From: Phycisphaerales bacterium
GTDB taxonomy: Bacteria > Planctomycetota > Phycisphaerae > Phycisphaerales > UBA1924
Length of the DNA stretch: 64,000 bases
Assembly (NCBI GenBank): GCA_041742635.1
Contig: JBGSIF010000175.1
Location: 52-64,051, forward strand
Direction: 5' to 3'
Part shown: in pieces, positions 1-9,411 of the stretch
Layout of the letters: each line of letters begins with the position of its first letter
How positions within the stretch are numbered: the stretch's first letter is position 1
Translations under genes and position numbers: made by a program
Notes under the pieces: generated by a model
The model's database searches: none
Seen by the model: only the letters and a program-made list of their open reading frames with translations
What the model was told of the DNA's origin: nothing

Positions 1-263
1 CCGCGATGCAGTGGATCGGTTCCATCGACGCGGCTTCTTCAACCGTCCCGACCGACGCCACTACCAACGCCGCAATCGCCCCCGGCGCCGTCTTCACACG
101 CACCGGACAGGGCCGCGATTTCTCGCTGGCCATGCTTATCCTCGCGCTGGTGCTCGGGGTGTTCGAACTCATCTTGGCCCGCCGCTCCAGCCACGCGAGC
201 ACAATCGACACCACCGTGCTTCCAGCGGGCATTGCACACGGATCGATCGGGGGTGCCGCTTGA
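1..263 (+). CDS. C-terminal end of a hypothetical membrane protein entering from upstream of the window
   Basis: The frame is open from the window edge to TGA 261-263. It contains one hydrophobic helix (LAMLILALVLGVFELILA). The stop overlaps TTG 260 of the next gene (TTGA). No family motif recognised. Confidence 0.3.
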   Translation, partial: AMQWIGSIDAASSTVPTDATTNAAIAPGAVFTRTGQGRDFSLAMLILALVLGVFELILARRSSHASTIDTTVLPAGIAHGSIGGAA

Positions 264-2833
264 ACGACCTGCTCCGTTGGGCACTCAATCTCCGCTCTCT
301 CTCCTTTGGGCAAGAAGGCGTGCAGTTCGATTTCGCTCGCCCGCTCCCCACATGGGGTTGGGCCGCGGTGTTTTTCCTCGCCGCGGTGTTGGCCGCTTGG
401 AGTTACCGCCACCTCGAAGGCCCACGCCCTATCCGCGTCGCTCTTGCCGCCGCTCGCACGCTTGTCCTCCTCCTGCTCGTGCTGCTCATCGCCGGCCCGC
501 GGCTCATCAAGCCCAACGAAACCCAGGAAAAAGACTGGGTCATCGTCCTTCTCGATCGCTCCGCGTCCATGAACATCAAAGACGCCCCCCCCACTCTCCC
601 TACTCCCTCCACACCGGGCGACTCGACTCCCATTACCTCTACCTCCATCCGTGTCGCACGCGAGTCGCAGTTACAAGACGCCATCGACCGCGCCGCGCCG
701 ACGTGGAACGCGCTCGCCAAAAACCGCACCCTCGTCTGGCTGGGCTTCGACGCCGGTGCGTTCGACCTCCGTCCACTCTCCCTCAACTCTCTATCCATTT
801 CACCCCCCAGCACGCCGCCCCTCGGCTCGCCCGCCGGTCGTCGAACGTCCATCGGTCGTTCCCTCGACCAAGCCCTCCGCCGTGCCGCCGCTCGACCCAT
901 CTCCGGCATCGTCATCCTCTCCGACGGTCGCTCCATCGACTCGCCCTCCCGCGCCACCCTCCGACGGCTCGAAGCCGAGCGCATCCCCATTTTCGCCGTC
1001 CCGCTCGGCAGCCCCGAACCTGTCACCGATTTTTCCATCCGCCGCGCCGAAGGCCCCAAAAGTGCTTTCGTCAACGACTTCATCCCCATCGAGGTCGAAA
1101 TCGAACGCCTCGGCACCGCGGCCGACTCGTCCGCTCCTGCCAAAGTCCAACTCATCGATAACACCTCCGGCACCATTCTGGACGAGCGCGAACTCACCTT
1201 CGATCCCACCTCCTCCGCTCGCGTCACCCTCACGACTAAGGCCGACCAATCCGGCACCCCGGATTGGAGCGTGCGCCTCATCACCCCGCAGCCCGACCTC
1301 ATCGAAGAGAACAACGCCGCCGCCGTCGCGGTTAGCCTGATCGAACGTCCCTTGCGCGTCGCCTTCTTCGACGGCTATCCCCGCTGGGAACAACGCTACA
1401 TCAAACAACTCCTCGTCCGCGAACGCTCCGTGCGCGGCACATCCCTCATCCTCGCCTCCGGTCGCCGCTTCGTCCAAGAAGGCGACGACGAGATGACCTC
1501 CCTCCCTCGCTCACCAGAAGAATGGCGTGCCTTCGACGCCATCATCCTCGGCGACGTCCGCCCCGAACTCTTTACCGACGATCAACTCCAGCAAATCAAA
1601 GACCACGTCGCCTTCAACGGCGCCGGCCTCGTCTGGATCGGCGGCGAAGGCGCCACCCCCGGTGCCTGGCGCGGAACCCCCCTCGCCGACCTCCTCCCCT
1701 TCGTCCTCGCCGGCGGCGACTCCTCCGGTCTGCCCCTCTGGAATAACCCCGTCACCATCACCCCAACCCCCCTCGCCGACCGCCTCGGCGTCTTACGCCT
1801 CCTCCCCGAACCCATCGCCGGTTCTTGGTGGCCCACCGAACTCGCCGACCCCGCCACCGGTTGGAACCAGATCCAGTGGGCGCAGCGCCTCGATCCCGCC
1901 CTCCTCAAGCCTGCCGTCGAAGTCCTTGCGCTCGCGCGAGACGTCACCGCTCCTACCTCCTCCGGCACGCCGCTCGATTCCCTCACTCCCACGCCTTCAA
2001 CCGACGCTACCGCGCCCATCCTCGTCTCCATGCGCTTCGGTGCTGGCCGCGTACTCTACCTCGGCACCGACGAAATCTGGCGCTGGCGCTACGGCCGCGG
2101 CGAACTCTTCGCCGAACGCTTCTACCTCCAGATCCTGCGTATGCTCGGCCGAGACAGCGTCTCCCGCGCCGGCAAACTCGCCGACCTCTCTATTGCTCCA
2201 TCTCGCGCCCAAATCGACCAACCCGTCCGCGTTTCCATCGACCTCATCGATCAATCCCTCATCGACACCGCCCCCGCCTCGCTCCGTATCCGCATCGTCC
2301 GCGAGGCCGCTCCTTCCCCCGCGGCGCCGTCGAGCCCAGGCCCGCTCCCCGCTCTCGACGATTCCTTTGCTCCCATCGACCTGGTTCTCCTCCCCGATCA
2401 AGCCGATGCGCCTTCATCTCGCGACCCACTCAAACTCCGAGGCGTTCGCTCCTTTGCCGCGTCTTGGATCGCCACCGAATCCGGCCACTACCGAGCCGAA
2501 GCCACCGATCCCCTTCTCACCTCTCTCCCCTCCTCCACTCCAAATACTCTCGGCGTACTCGCCGCTCCCGTCGAAATCTGGCTCCCCGACGACGAACTCC
2601 GCCGCCCAGAGACCGACCACCCTTCCCTCGCTCGCCTCGCACAAGCCACCGGCGGCTCCATCATCTCCCCACGCGACCTCGCCGACCTCCCCGCCTTGCT
2701 CCCCAACCGCGAACTCCGACTCGCCGGCGAGCCAGACGTCGAAACCCTCTGGGACACCCCACTCGCCCTCTTCCTGCTCATGCTTCTGCTTACCGTCGAA
2801 TGGGTCGGCCGCCGGCTCATCCGCCTCGCCTAG
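260..2833 (+). CDS. BatA/VWA-type large membrane protein (aerotolerance-operon-like)
   Basis: N-terminal TM segments are followed by DWVIVLLDRSASM (VWA/MIDAS-like DxSxS). A central block RVAFFDGYPRWEQRY...FDAIILGDV follows, and there is a C-terminal TM (LALFLLMLLLTVEW). The TTG 260 start is inferred. The track start at 11 lies in an Arg/Pro-rich stretch that overlaps the upstream gene. Confidence 0.55.
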   Translation: MNDLLRWALNLRSLSFGQEGVQFDFARPLPTWGWAAVFFLAAVLAAWSYRHLEGPRPIRVALAAARTLVLLLLVLLIAGPRLIKPNETQEKDWVIVLLDRSASMNIKDAPPTLPTPSTPGDSTPITSTSIRVARESQLQDAIDRAAPTWNALAKNRTLVWLGFDAGAFDLRPLSLNSLSISPPSTPPLGSPAGRRTSIGRSLDQALRRAAARPISGIVILSDGRSIDSPSRATLRRLEAERIPIFAVPLGSPEPVTDFSIRRAEGPKSAFVNDFIPIEVEIERLGTAADSSAPAKVQLIDNTSGTILDERELTFDPTSSARVTLTTKADQSGTPDWSVRLITPQPDLIEENNAAAVAVSLIERPLRVAFFDGYPRWEQRYIKQLLVRERSVRGTSLILASGRRFVQEGDDEMTSLPRSPEEWRAFDAIILGDVRPELFTDDQLQQIKDHVAFNGAGLVWIGGEGATPGAWRGTPLADLLPFVLAGGDSSGLPLWNNPVTITPTPLADRLGVLRLLPEPIAGSWWPTELADPATGWNQIQWAQRLDPALLKPAVEVLALARDVTAPTSSGTPLDSLTPTPSTDATAPILVSMRFGAGRVLYLGTDEIWRWRYGRGELFAERFYLQILRMLGRDSVSRAGKLADLSIAPSRAQIDQPVRVSIDLIDQSLIDTAPASLRIRIVREAAPSPAAPSSPGPLPALDDSFAPIDLVLLPDQADAPSSRDPLKLRGVRSFAASWIATESGHYRAEATDPLLTSLPSSTPNTLGVLAAPVEIWLPDDELRRPETDHPSLARLAQATGGSIISPRDLADLPALLPNRELRLAGEPDVETLWDTPLALFLLMLLLTVEWVGRRLIRLA

Positions 2834-2948
2834 CACTTCCTAGGCATCCTCTTATTCCCCACACTCTTCCGCGGCTCCTGCCTTCTGCGCCCTCATATTT
2901 CATCCGCACATCACTTGCATTTTGCAAGCAACATGATATGCTCATTTC

Positions 2949-3506
2949 GTGCTCACCTCATCCGCTCGAACTCCACGCCGTCGCCTCCGACGTCCCGCCC
3001 TGCTGATCCTCACTGTCGCAGGCTTCATCGCCGCTCTCTTCGGCCTTCCGAGTTGCCAACTCGCCACCCCGTTCGCCGGGCCTGGATATTCCCCCTCCCG
3101 CGGCGTCACACTCCCCGATGTCGGTGACTCCGTCATCGTCGCCGTCACTCACGCCCACTTGGACCCCGACAACCGTCGTCCATTCGACGATTACACTCGC
3201 CACGTCATCCGTTCCCTCTCCGACAACGACGGCTACATCGGGCACTCCGTCCGTGCCCGCGTCTTTGGCCACGAAGTCTGGACCCTCACCGTCTGGCGCG
3301 ACGAACCTTCGCTCGATGCCTTCGTCCGTTCACCCACGCACCGCGCCGCGATCCGCGAAGGTCTCTCCGGCGTCACCACCGCTCAGTTCATGCGATTCAC
3401 TTCGCCCACCTCCGATGTACCGCCCCGCTGGAACTCGATCCTCCAGCGCCTTAAATCCGTCGAGTTCATCGACTATTCCCAGCCATCCGCTCGCTCACCG
3501 CGTTAG
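2949..3506 (+). CDS. putative lipoprotein with ABM/DUF3291-like domain
   Basis: GTG start. Arg-rich signal peptide followed by a lipobox-like LPSC. The body (VAVTHAHL...GYIGHSVRARVFGHEVWTLTVWRDEPSLDAFV) resembles small antibiotic-biosynthesis-monooxygenase-like domains. Confidence 0.45.
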   Translation: MLTSSARTPRRRLRRPALLILTVAGFIAALFGLPSCQLATPFAGPGYSPSRGVTLPDVGDSVIVAVTHAHLDPDNRRPFDDYTRHVIRSLSDNDGYIGHSVRARVFGHEVWTLTVWRDEPSLDAFVRSPTHRAAIREGLSGVTTAQFMRFTSPTSDVPPRWNSILQRLKSVEFIDYSQPSARSPR

Positions 3507-3635
3507 AGCGGCTTTTATTGCTTCGTATCGCGTCAGGGAGTGGACCGCGCGTCAAGACCCCGGCACGTTGTGCGTGAGCGCTGGTCCAAACTCGTCGATT
3601 CCGGGTGTTGCCGCACCCTCTCCGGACCCAGCCCC

Positions 3636-3989
3636 ATGAAGTCCCCAAAGAAACGCTCTCCCTGCCCGATCGCCTGCACCCTTGACCTCATCGGCGATAA
3701 ATGGACCCTGCTCATCATCCGTGACCTCTTCGCCGGCAAATCCCATTTCCATGAGTTCGCACGCTCACCCGAGCGCATCGCCACCAACATCCTCACCGAT
3801 CGTCTGCATCGCCTCGAACTCCACCGCTTCCTCAAATCCACACCCTCTACCCTCCGCGCGGGTAGTTCGGCGTACTCATTGACCGACCGCGGCCGCTCAC
3901 TCTTCCCTCTCCTCCTCGCTTTCAAAGACTGGGGACTCACACACATCCAAGGCACCCAGGCCAACGTCACCGTCGCTCCTCCCGGCTGA
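3636..3989 (+). CDS. HxlR-family winged-helix transcriptional regulator
   Basis: CPIACTLDLIGDKWTLLIIRDL...FHEF...I..NILTDRL is the typical HxlR signature. ATG 3636 was chosen over the track start 3540. Confidence 0.8.
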   Translation: MKSPKKRSPCPIACTLDLIGDKWTLLIIRDLFAGKSHFHEFARSPERIATNILTDRLHRLELHRFLKSTPSTLRAGSSAYSLTDRGRSLFPLLLAFKDWGLTHIQGTQANVTVAPPG

Positions 3990-4088
3990 GTCCGCGCGCT
4001 CGCACCAGGAACTTCGCGGTCCGTTCGTCCGTCCGTCGGAATTTCGTTCCGCGTATAAACCGCGCCGCTGTGCGCGATTACGCCAACT

Positions 4089-4115
4089 AAAAACCCCCGG
4101 GCATACGCCCGGGGG
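4089..4115 (-). terminator. intrinsic terminator of the 4147..5652 gene
   Basis: Perfect 9-bp stem CCCCCGGGC/GCCCGGGGG with a 4-nt loop. On the minus strand it is followed by TTTTT (plus-strand AAAAA 4089-4093). Confidence 0.8.
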
Positions 4116-4146
4116 TTCGAGGTAAACAGATGATGTCGATTCAGAT

Positions 4147-5652
4147 TCAGCAGCCGACGGGCGGAGCGAAGAAGCAGCCCAGGAAGTCGAAGAAGTCCTG
4201 GCTGTCGGTCCCACCGCTGTTGTTGTAGTCGGCGTTGCCGTTGAAGAAGTCCGCGACGAAGTCGAAGAAGTCCTGGCTATTGAGGCCGCCCTGCTCGTTC
4301 CAGTCGCACGGGCAGACCGGGGGCGGCGGGGTGCCGGGGACGCTCACGCGGCCCAGCGGCGACGTCACGCGGGTGGGCTCACCAACCGCGGCCGGACGCC
4401 ACAGACCAATATCCACCACGCCCGCGACCGGCGCGACGTTCGCATCGAAACGGAAGTTGTACACCGTGCCCCAGCGCAGCGCATTCGCGCTCTGGTTCTC
4501 AGCGAACGTCTGGGTCGACCACACGAGCGGCGTGCCGTCGGAGACCGTGTTGTTCAGTTTCGACGCGGTCCAATCGGTGCCGGAGTAGTTCACGTTGCCG
4601 GGACCGTCGCCCGAGTGGTAATCCACATCACGGAACCCGATGTTCGTCACCATCACGCCTGCCGGAACCGGCACTTCGAAGGTGCCGCCGGAGCGGTGCG
4701 AGTTCATGTTCTGAACCGCGTACTCGTAGTGCCACATGCCGCCGCCGAGGTCCGTCGCGGACATCGCGACGATGAACAGACCTTCGGAGAACGCCGTCGC
4801 GCTCGGAACAAACACATCGGCTTCCATCACGCTGGGGTCATTGTCTCCCCACGCGCGGATGGCCTGCTGCCCGCGCTGAGTCGCGCCGGTCAACGCAAAC
4901 GACCATGAGCTGCCCGAACCCGTCACGTTGCAGCGACGGTACGACTCGTTGTTGTACTTGTTCAGGCCGTTGTTGGTCGTCGCATCGTCCGGCGTCACGT
5001 ACTGACCGGTCACGAAGTACAGCACCGAGGCCGAACTGATTTCCATGTCCGCCGCCTTCAACTGGCAGCGACGCGCCACCGAACCGCTCCACGTCGGATT
5101 GGCCGGGGGATAGTTGAACGCACCCGTGCTGGCATTCACCTGCCACTTGGGGCCAAGGCCGCTCTGCGAGCCGTTGCGCCCCGAGGTGTATGGGTCGGAG
5201 CAGTGGATGCCCAGACGCGTGCCGTTGGTCCCTTGGCAACCGGAGCAGCACAGCCCTTCGGACAGTGCGAAGAACCCGTGTTTGAGCCAACTCTGGCCGA
5301 TCTGCTCAAACGTCCGCACGCCGTTGGGGAGCGTCTTGAGTTTGTAAGCGTTCTGCCCGATGACCGGGTGCTGATTGTTGTTGTCGATCCAGAGCAACTG
5401 CGCGTTGCCGATATTGCAGGAAGTCGTACCGACCGCGATCGCATCGGTCGTGCCGGCGTTCGTGTAGTTTGAAACGCCGTTGAGGTCGCCGACGATCACG
5501 TCGGGACCGTTGCAGTTCCCGAGGGGATTGCACTGCGTGGGGATCACACCGTTCGAGCAGTTCTGCCCCACCGCCGCGCCGGCAAAAGCCAGCAAGCCGA
5601 GGGCAGAAGCCGTACAAAGACCTGTTTTCTTGAAATTCGTCATCATGTTCAC
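4147..5652 (-). CDS. secreted Cys-rich protein with C-terminal dockerin-like tail ending in GC
   Basis: Signal peptide ([13 protein letters not shown]) and a 440-aa body of unknown function. The tail is [55 protein letters not shown], with two DxNx[11 protein letters not shown] repeats and a terminal GC. Confidence 0.75.
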   Translation of the reverse strand: MNMMTNFKKTGLCTASALGLLAFAGAAVGQNCSNGVIPTQCNPLGNCNGPDVIVGDLNGVSNYTNAGTTDAIAVGTTSCNIGNAQLLWIDNNNQHPVIGQNAYKLKTLPNGVRTFEQIGQSWLKHGFFALSEGLCCSGCQGTNGTRLGIHCSDPYTSGRNGSQSGLGPKWQVNASTGAFNYPPANPTWSGSVARRCQLKAADMEISSASVLYFVTGQYVTPDDATTNNGLNKYNNESYRRCNVTGSGSSWSFALTGATQRGQQAIRAWGDNDPSVMEADVFVPSATAFSEGLFIVAMSATDLGGGMWHYEYAVQNMNSHRSGGTFEVPVPAGVMVTNIGFRDVDYHSGDGPGNVNYSGTDWTASKLNNTVSDGTPLVWSTQTFAENQSANALRWGTVYNFRFDANVAPVAGVVDIGLWRPAAVGEPTRVTSPLGRVSVPGTPPPPVCPCDWNEQGGLNSQDFFDFVADFFNGNADYNNSGGTDSQDFFDFLGCFFAPPVGC

Positions 5653-6091
5653 CTCTTGTTCGTCGATCCAACCGAGTGCGTCGGGGCGGCAGGCGCCAAT
5701 ACCTGCTGGGACTCACCCCTCAAAACGGAAATCATTGCCAAAGGCTGTAGCCGGAACTTCCAGTTCCCTCCCTTGACAATGAACAGCATCCTCATCTTCA
5801 GAATAAACAACACCTGTGTTTGCTCAGGCGTAACAAACTTCGTATACCACTCTTGCACGACCGCCGAGCCAGCGAAGGCGCCGCGATACGGTAACTTTGG
5901 GGAAGTGTCACTATCTACTTTCAAAAACTACATCGGGTTGCACGAAATGCCAATACCATTGTCAAGAATCCGATTGGTTCTGCAAATATTCGGTTCAAAA
6001 CAAGATCCCGGTCGTCTTCGGGCTTCGGTTTTCGACAGATTCAAACATCTTCCAAATAACCAGACACGATAACACATCTATTCCCAAGGAA

Positions 6092-8221
6092 TCAACTGGC
6101 TGAAAACGTGCAGTGAATCGCTCCGTTGCGGCGTTGAGATTCGGCAGTCGGAATCACCACGGTAGCCGCTTCATTGCTCATGTGCGCCGATATTACCCGA
6201 TTCGCCGCCGCGTCGAGCGGCTCAAACAACCCACCCACATCACCCCCACCACACGACCCCGAAATCAGATATTTCGACCTCGTTTGCACCCCATTCAGGG
6301 GGCACATGCTCCGGTCGGCGTGCGCGATGCCGGGCACCGTAACGACCCTGAAACCTTCGGACCTGAGTTGTTCGTGCATCTGATTACGAGCCGCATGGTT
6401 CCGTCTGAGTGCTCGCAAGTACGCTTGGGCGTGCGGGGGCATCGAAGATTCCCAAGGCGTCTGGATCCACGAAGAAACGACATCGAGTGCCAAAAGCACC
6501 CGATAGAGGTTCCCGGCGGGGTGGTCGCCGGGGCTGAGAGCAAAGTGCCGGGCGAACGATTCGGTGAGGTGCCCGTCGGACCCAACGCCTTGGGGGATCA
6601 CCGCGCTGAAGAAGAGTTCGAGGAGTTCGATCCACCGAGACGAAGCGAGATAGTGCCGAGCGGCCTTCAGGCGGGGCTTCGGAAGAAGTCGGGCGCGCTC
6701 GATCGCACTCAATGCACATTCCAGAACGATGATCGTCGCTTTGGGGACATCGAGGACAAACGCGACCACATCCGTGGGTGAAATCGCGCGGAGACTAATC
6801 TCGTAGTCGATGTGGTACGAAACGGCGGGGAGGACCACGGCCCGGCCCGCGCCAAACTCGATGGCGAGGGCTTCGATGGCTTGTGTTCGAGAGAAACCAA
6901 GAGAAACATTGCGGGCGACTTCGGCTTCGCCGAGGAGCAGGAGGCGGTTGGGCGGGTGGCGCGGGTCGGGGGAAAGCAGGAGGTTCCCGCCTTGGAAGAG
7001 GAGCGGCGATTGCACAACGACGAGGTCAGCGCGCGCGAGCGAGCGCACAACCGCGGCTTCGGTGGGAATGAAGACGGAACCGTCGTCGCCGCGGCTGGGG
7101 AAACGAGGAGATAGAACCGCGAAACGGCGCGATGCCGAGGCTTTCACGTCGATATCGGGTCGAAGTTCGACGAAACCGGCGCGGGCGTTATCTTGCGCCC
7201 ATTGCGATACGACGCACGCGTGGGCGAGGACAGTGACCGGGGCGTGTTCGGAACGAGCCCAAGAACGAGCACGGGCGATGAACTCGTCGGCGAAGCCGGC
7301 TTGGATGTTCACGAGGATCGGGATATCGGGGAGAGCCTGTGCGACATGTCGGAGGAGGTCGAGGTTGTCGCCGGAGTTGGGGCCGAGGTAGTGCCCGGCA
7401 CGGGTCATCTGGGCGCGGAGGAGGGCGGGGGTGTGCGATCCGGCGTCGTCGGGATAAAAGATGGCAGGGTTGGTGGGCGAGAAACGAAAGAGGAGACCAA
7501 AGTCGAGTTGATCCGACGTGGGGGGAGTGTGGGATTGGGGGGCGAGTCGCCGGGCGACGTGGCGGATAGTGGCGAGGGCGCGAGAATCGATGGATGAAAC
7601 CGGCGAGAGCGGGTCGGCGCGCTGCGGCGTGGTGAAGTGGGCGAGAAGATCGACGGGGAAGCCGATCGAGGCGAGTTGGAGGAGGTGGTCGGGAGTGGGG
7701 TCGATGAAGTTGGACTGGCTGAGAGAGGTGAGTACGAAGGCAAGGGTGTGGAGCAATCCGTCGGTGGCCAGGTGGACAGCGATGTGATGGGCGATGCTCT
7801 GGAGTTCTGGGGGAAGAGGCGCGAGAGAAGGCGGGAGTGAAGCGACGACGCCGAGGGACAGCGTAATAGGAGGGGCGAAGGCGCGAGAGCCGGGGCGAGC
7901 CTCGGGGCAATCGTCGAGCGGATCGGTCGGGAGAGGGGCAACATCGATTCGGGTGACGGAGTGGGGGCCGGGAGTAAGCGAGGTGGGGGTAACTAGAGGC
8001 GCGAAGGCGGGGGGTGGGGTCGTGGCGACGACGGGAGCGGTGACGATTCGGTGGCGTTCCTCAAACGAGGAACAGATGACGCGGTCGATGATGTGGGCGA
8101 GGAGGGAATCGGGGAGGGCGAGGTCGGCGAGTGTGGCCGATCCAACGGGTTGAGCGAGAATATTGGCGCGGACCTCGGCCTCGATGTCGGCGTCGCGGGT
8201 GTCCAGGGATGAAGTGAGCAT
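6092..8221 (-). CDS. 709-aa protein whose C-terminal half resembles the guanidino-group-modifying (pentein: agmatine/peptidyl-arginine deiminase, amidinotransferase) fold
   Basis: Motifs in family order: SQWAQDNARAGF (WxRD-like), LLFQGGNLLL (xGGN), VSYHIDYE (HxD), and near the C-terminus NGAIHCTFS (catalytic GxxHC). The ~330-aa N-terminal region matches nothing I recognise. No signal peptide. Confidence 0.4.
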   Translation of the reverse strand: MLTSSLDTRDADIEAEVRANILAQPVGSATLADLALPDSLLAHIIDRVICSSFEERHRIVTAPVVATTPPPAFAPLVTPTSLTPGPHSVTRIDVAPLPTDPLDDCPEARPGSRAFAPPITLSLGVVASLPPSLAPLPPELQSIAHHIAVHLATDGLLHTLAFVLTSLSQSNFIDPTPDHLLQLASIGFPVDLLAHFTTPQRADPLSPVSSIDSRALATIRHVARRLAPQSHTPPTSDQLDFGLLFRFSPTNPAIFYPDDAGSHTPALLRAQMTRAGHYLGPNSGDNLDLLRHVAQALPDIPILVNIQAGFADEFIARARSWARSEHAPVTVLAHACVVSQWAQDNARAGFVELRPDIDVKASASRRFAVLSPRFPSRGDDGSVFIPTEAAVVRSLARADLVVVQSPLLFQGGNLLLSPDPRHPPNRLLLLGEAEVARNVSLGFSRTQAIEALAIEFGAGRAVVLPAVSYHIDYEISLRAISPTDVVAFVLDVPKATIIVLECALSAIERARLLPKPRLKAARHYLASSRWIELLELFFSAVIPQGVGSDGHLTESFARHFALSPGDHPAGNLYRVLLALDVVSSWIQTPWESSMPPHAQAYLRALRRNHAARNQMHEQLRSEGFRVVTVPGIAHADRSMCPLNGVQTRSKYLISGSCGGGDVGGLFEPLDAAANRVISAHMSNEAATVVIPTAESQRRNGAIHCTFSAS

Positions 8222-8410
8222 CGGTGGAACGTAGGGGGCAGAGTAAGGATTGAAGTGGTGGGCGAAGCGGGCAGGCTTCCCTGGGGCTGGCGAGAACGCT
8301 GCGCCACCAGCACGATTGGTACGCCCTTCGTACGAGAGGGGGGAGGACGGAGAAGAAGGAGCGAGAACAGGAGAGGGGTAGAAGTGGAAGTCGAGCGGAG
8401 CGGAAGCAGT

Positions 8411-9226
8411 TTATTTTATGGTGAAGTCAGGTGTGGTGGCGGACCATTCTTCGGTCGTGTCGCGGACGGTGACAGTGAAAGCAACGGCAAGTTCACGGCG
8501 GAGTTCGTGAAGAACGCCAAGGGTGGGGTGAAGGTGTGTGATGGTGTGGTTGGTGCTGCGCGAGACACCGAAGTCGATCTCGCAAGTAGCACGGAGTCTC
8601 GCGGCGGGGTGAAGCATCGTGGACGACGCGGGGGGCGACTCGAAGCCGTCGTACCAGATCCGCTGGGTCGCGGGGCCTTTGACGCGGACCTTTTCGGGTT
8701 TATTCATTGGGTGGACCGTGACGAACGTTTGCTGGGTGAAGCCCGGGGGAGCGTCGGTGGAAGCGTCGGAGCGGGCGATGCGAGCGGGGAAGATGACCAT
8801 GGGTGGATCGAAATCGACGATGACGGATTCGTCGTGGTTGACTTCACGGCTGAGGGCGATGGAGCCGTCGGGGAGTTCGAGCCACGTCTGTACGCGGTGG
8901 CTGGTGAGTTTGTCGTGGGGTTCGGTGTTATGTGGATGGGATTGTCGCGTCACGGTCCACATGGCGCGGTAGTGGTCTGAGGAGACGGGGGAGAGGTCTG
9001 GCTCGATACGGACGCGGAGGATGCTGGGTGTGGAGCCGGCGACGGAGTTGAAGGACCGATCGGAGGGAGCGAGAAGAGCGGCTTGGGCGGGTAGGAACTC
9101 GTCTGGGGCGGGGGTCGTGATGGGGGCGGGTGGGTGTGTAGAAGCGCAGCCTGAAAGAGAGATAAGGAAAGCGAACAAGAGGATGTGAAGAAGTGAGGCC
9201 TGGGTGCGTGTGGATGAGGCGGGCAT
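8411..9226 (-). CDS. lipoprotein, unknown function
   Basis: ATG 9226 gives MPASSTRTQASLLHILLFAFLISLSGCAST (signal plus lipobox LSGC). The longer track ORF to 9895 runs antisense into shc and was trimmed. Confidence 0.55.
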   Translation of the reverse strand: MPASSTRTQASLLHILLFAFLISLSGCASTHPPAPITTPAPDEFLPAQAALLAPSDRSFNSVAGSTPSILRVRIEPDLSPVSSDHYRAMWTVTRQSHPHNTEPHDKLTSHRVQTWLELPDGSIALSREVNHDESVIVDFDPPMVIFPARIARSDASTDAPPGFTQQTFVTVHPMNKPEKVRVKGPATQRIWYDGFESPPASSTMLHPAARLRATCEIDFGVSRSTNHTITHLHPTLGVLHELRRELAVAFTVTVRDTTEEWSATTPDFTIK

Positions 9227-9411
9227 GGGGTAGGGTACGTTGTGGATGAAGGGAGGATGCGAAGTACGAGAGGTACACCTTGCGGGGCGGGGAGGGAGGG
9301 GAGAGGCGGCGGTTTTTTCACTGGACCAGAGAGGTATAAACTCCGTCAAGGGTGTGGGGGACGGCGTTGAAGTCGATGAGGATGGTTGTTCAAATGGATG
9401 GTGTTTGACGT

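Noticed and set aside
232-1477. Long alternative-frame and antisense ORFs across the whole window (for example 232..1161, 403..1314, 800..1477, 10684..11943, 21143..22606, 23883..24983, 43522..44715, 58744..59604, 63585..63998).
   Set aside because: They overlap frames that carry clear conserved-family motifs. Their products are Arg/Pro/Ala/Gly-rich low-complexity strings, as expected from off-frame translation of GC-rich DNA. I found no independent support for any of them.
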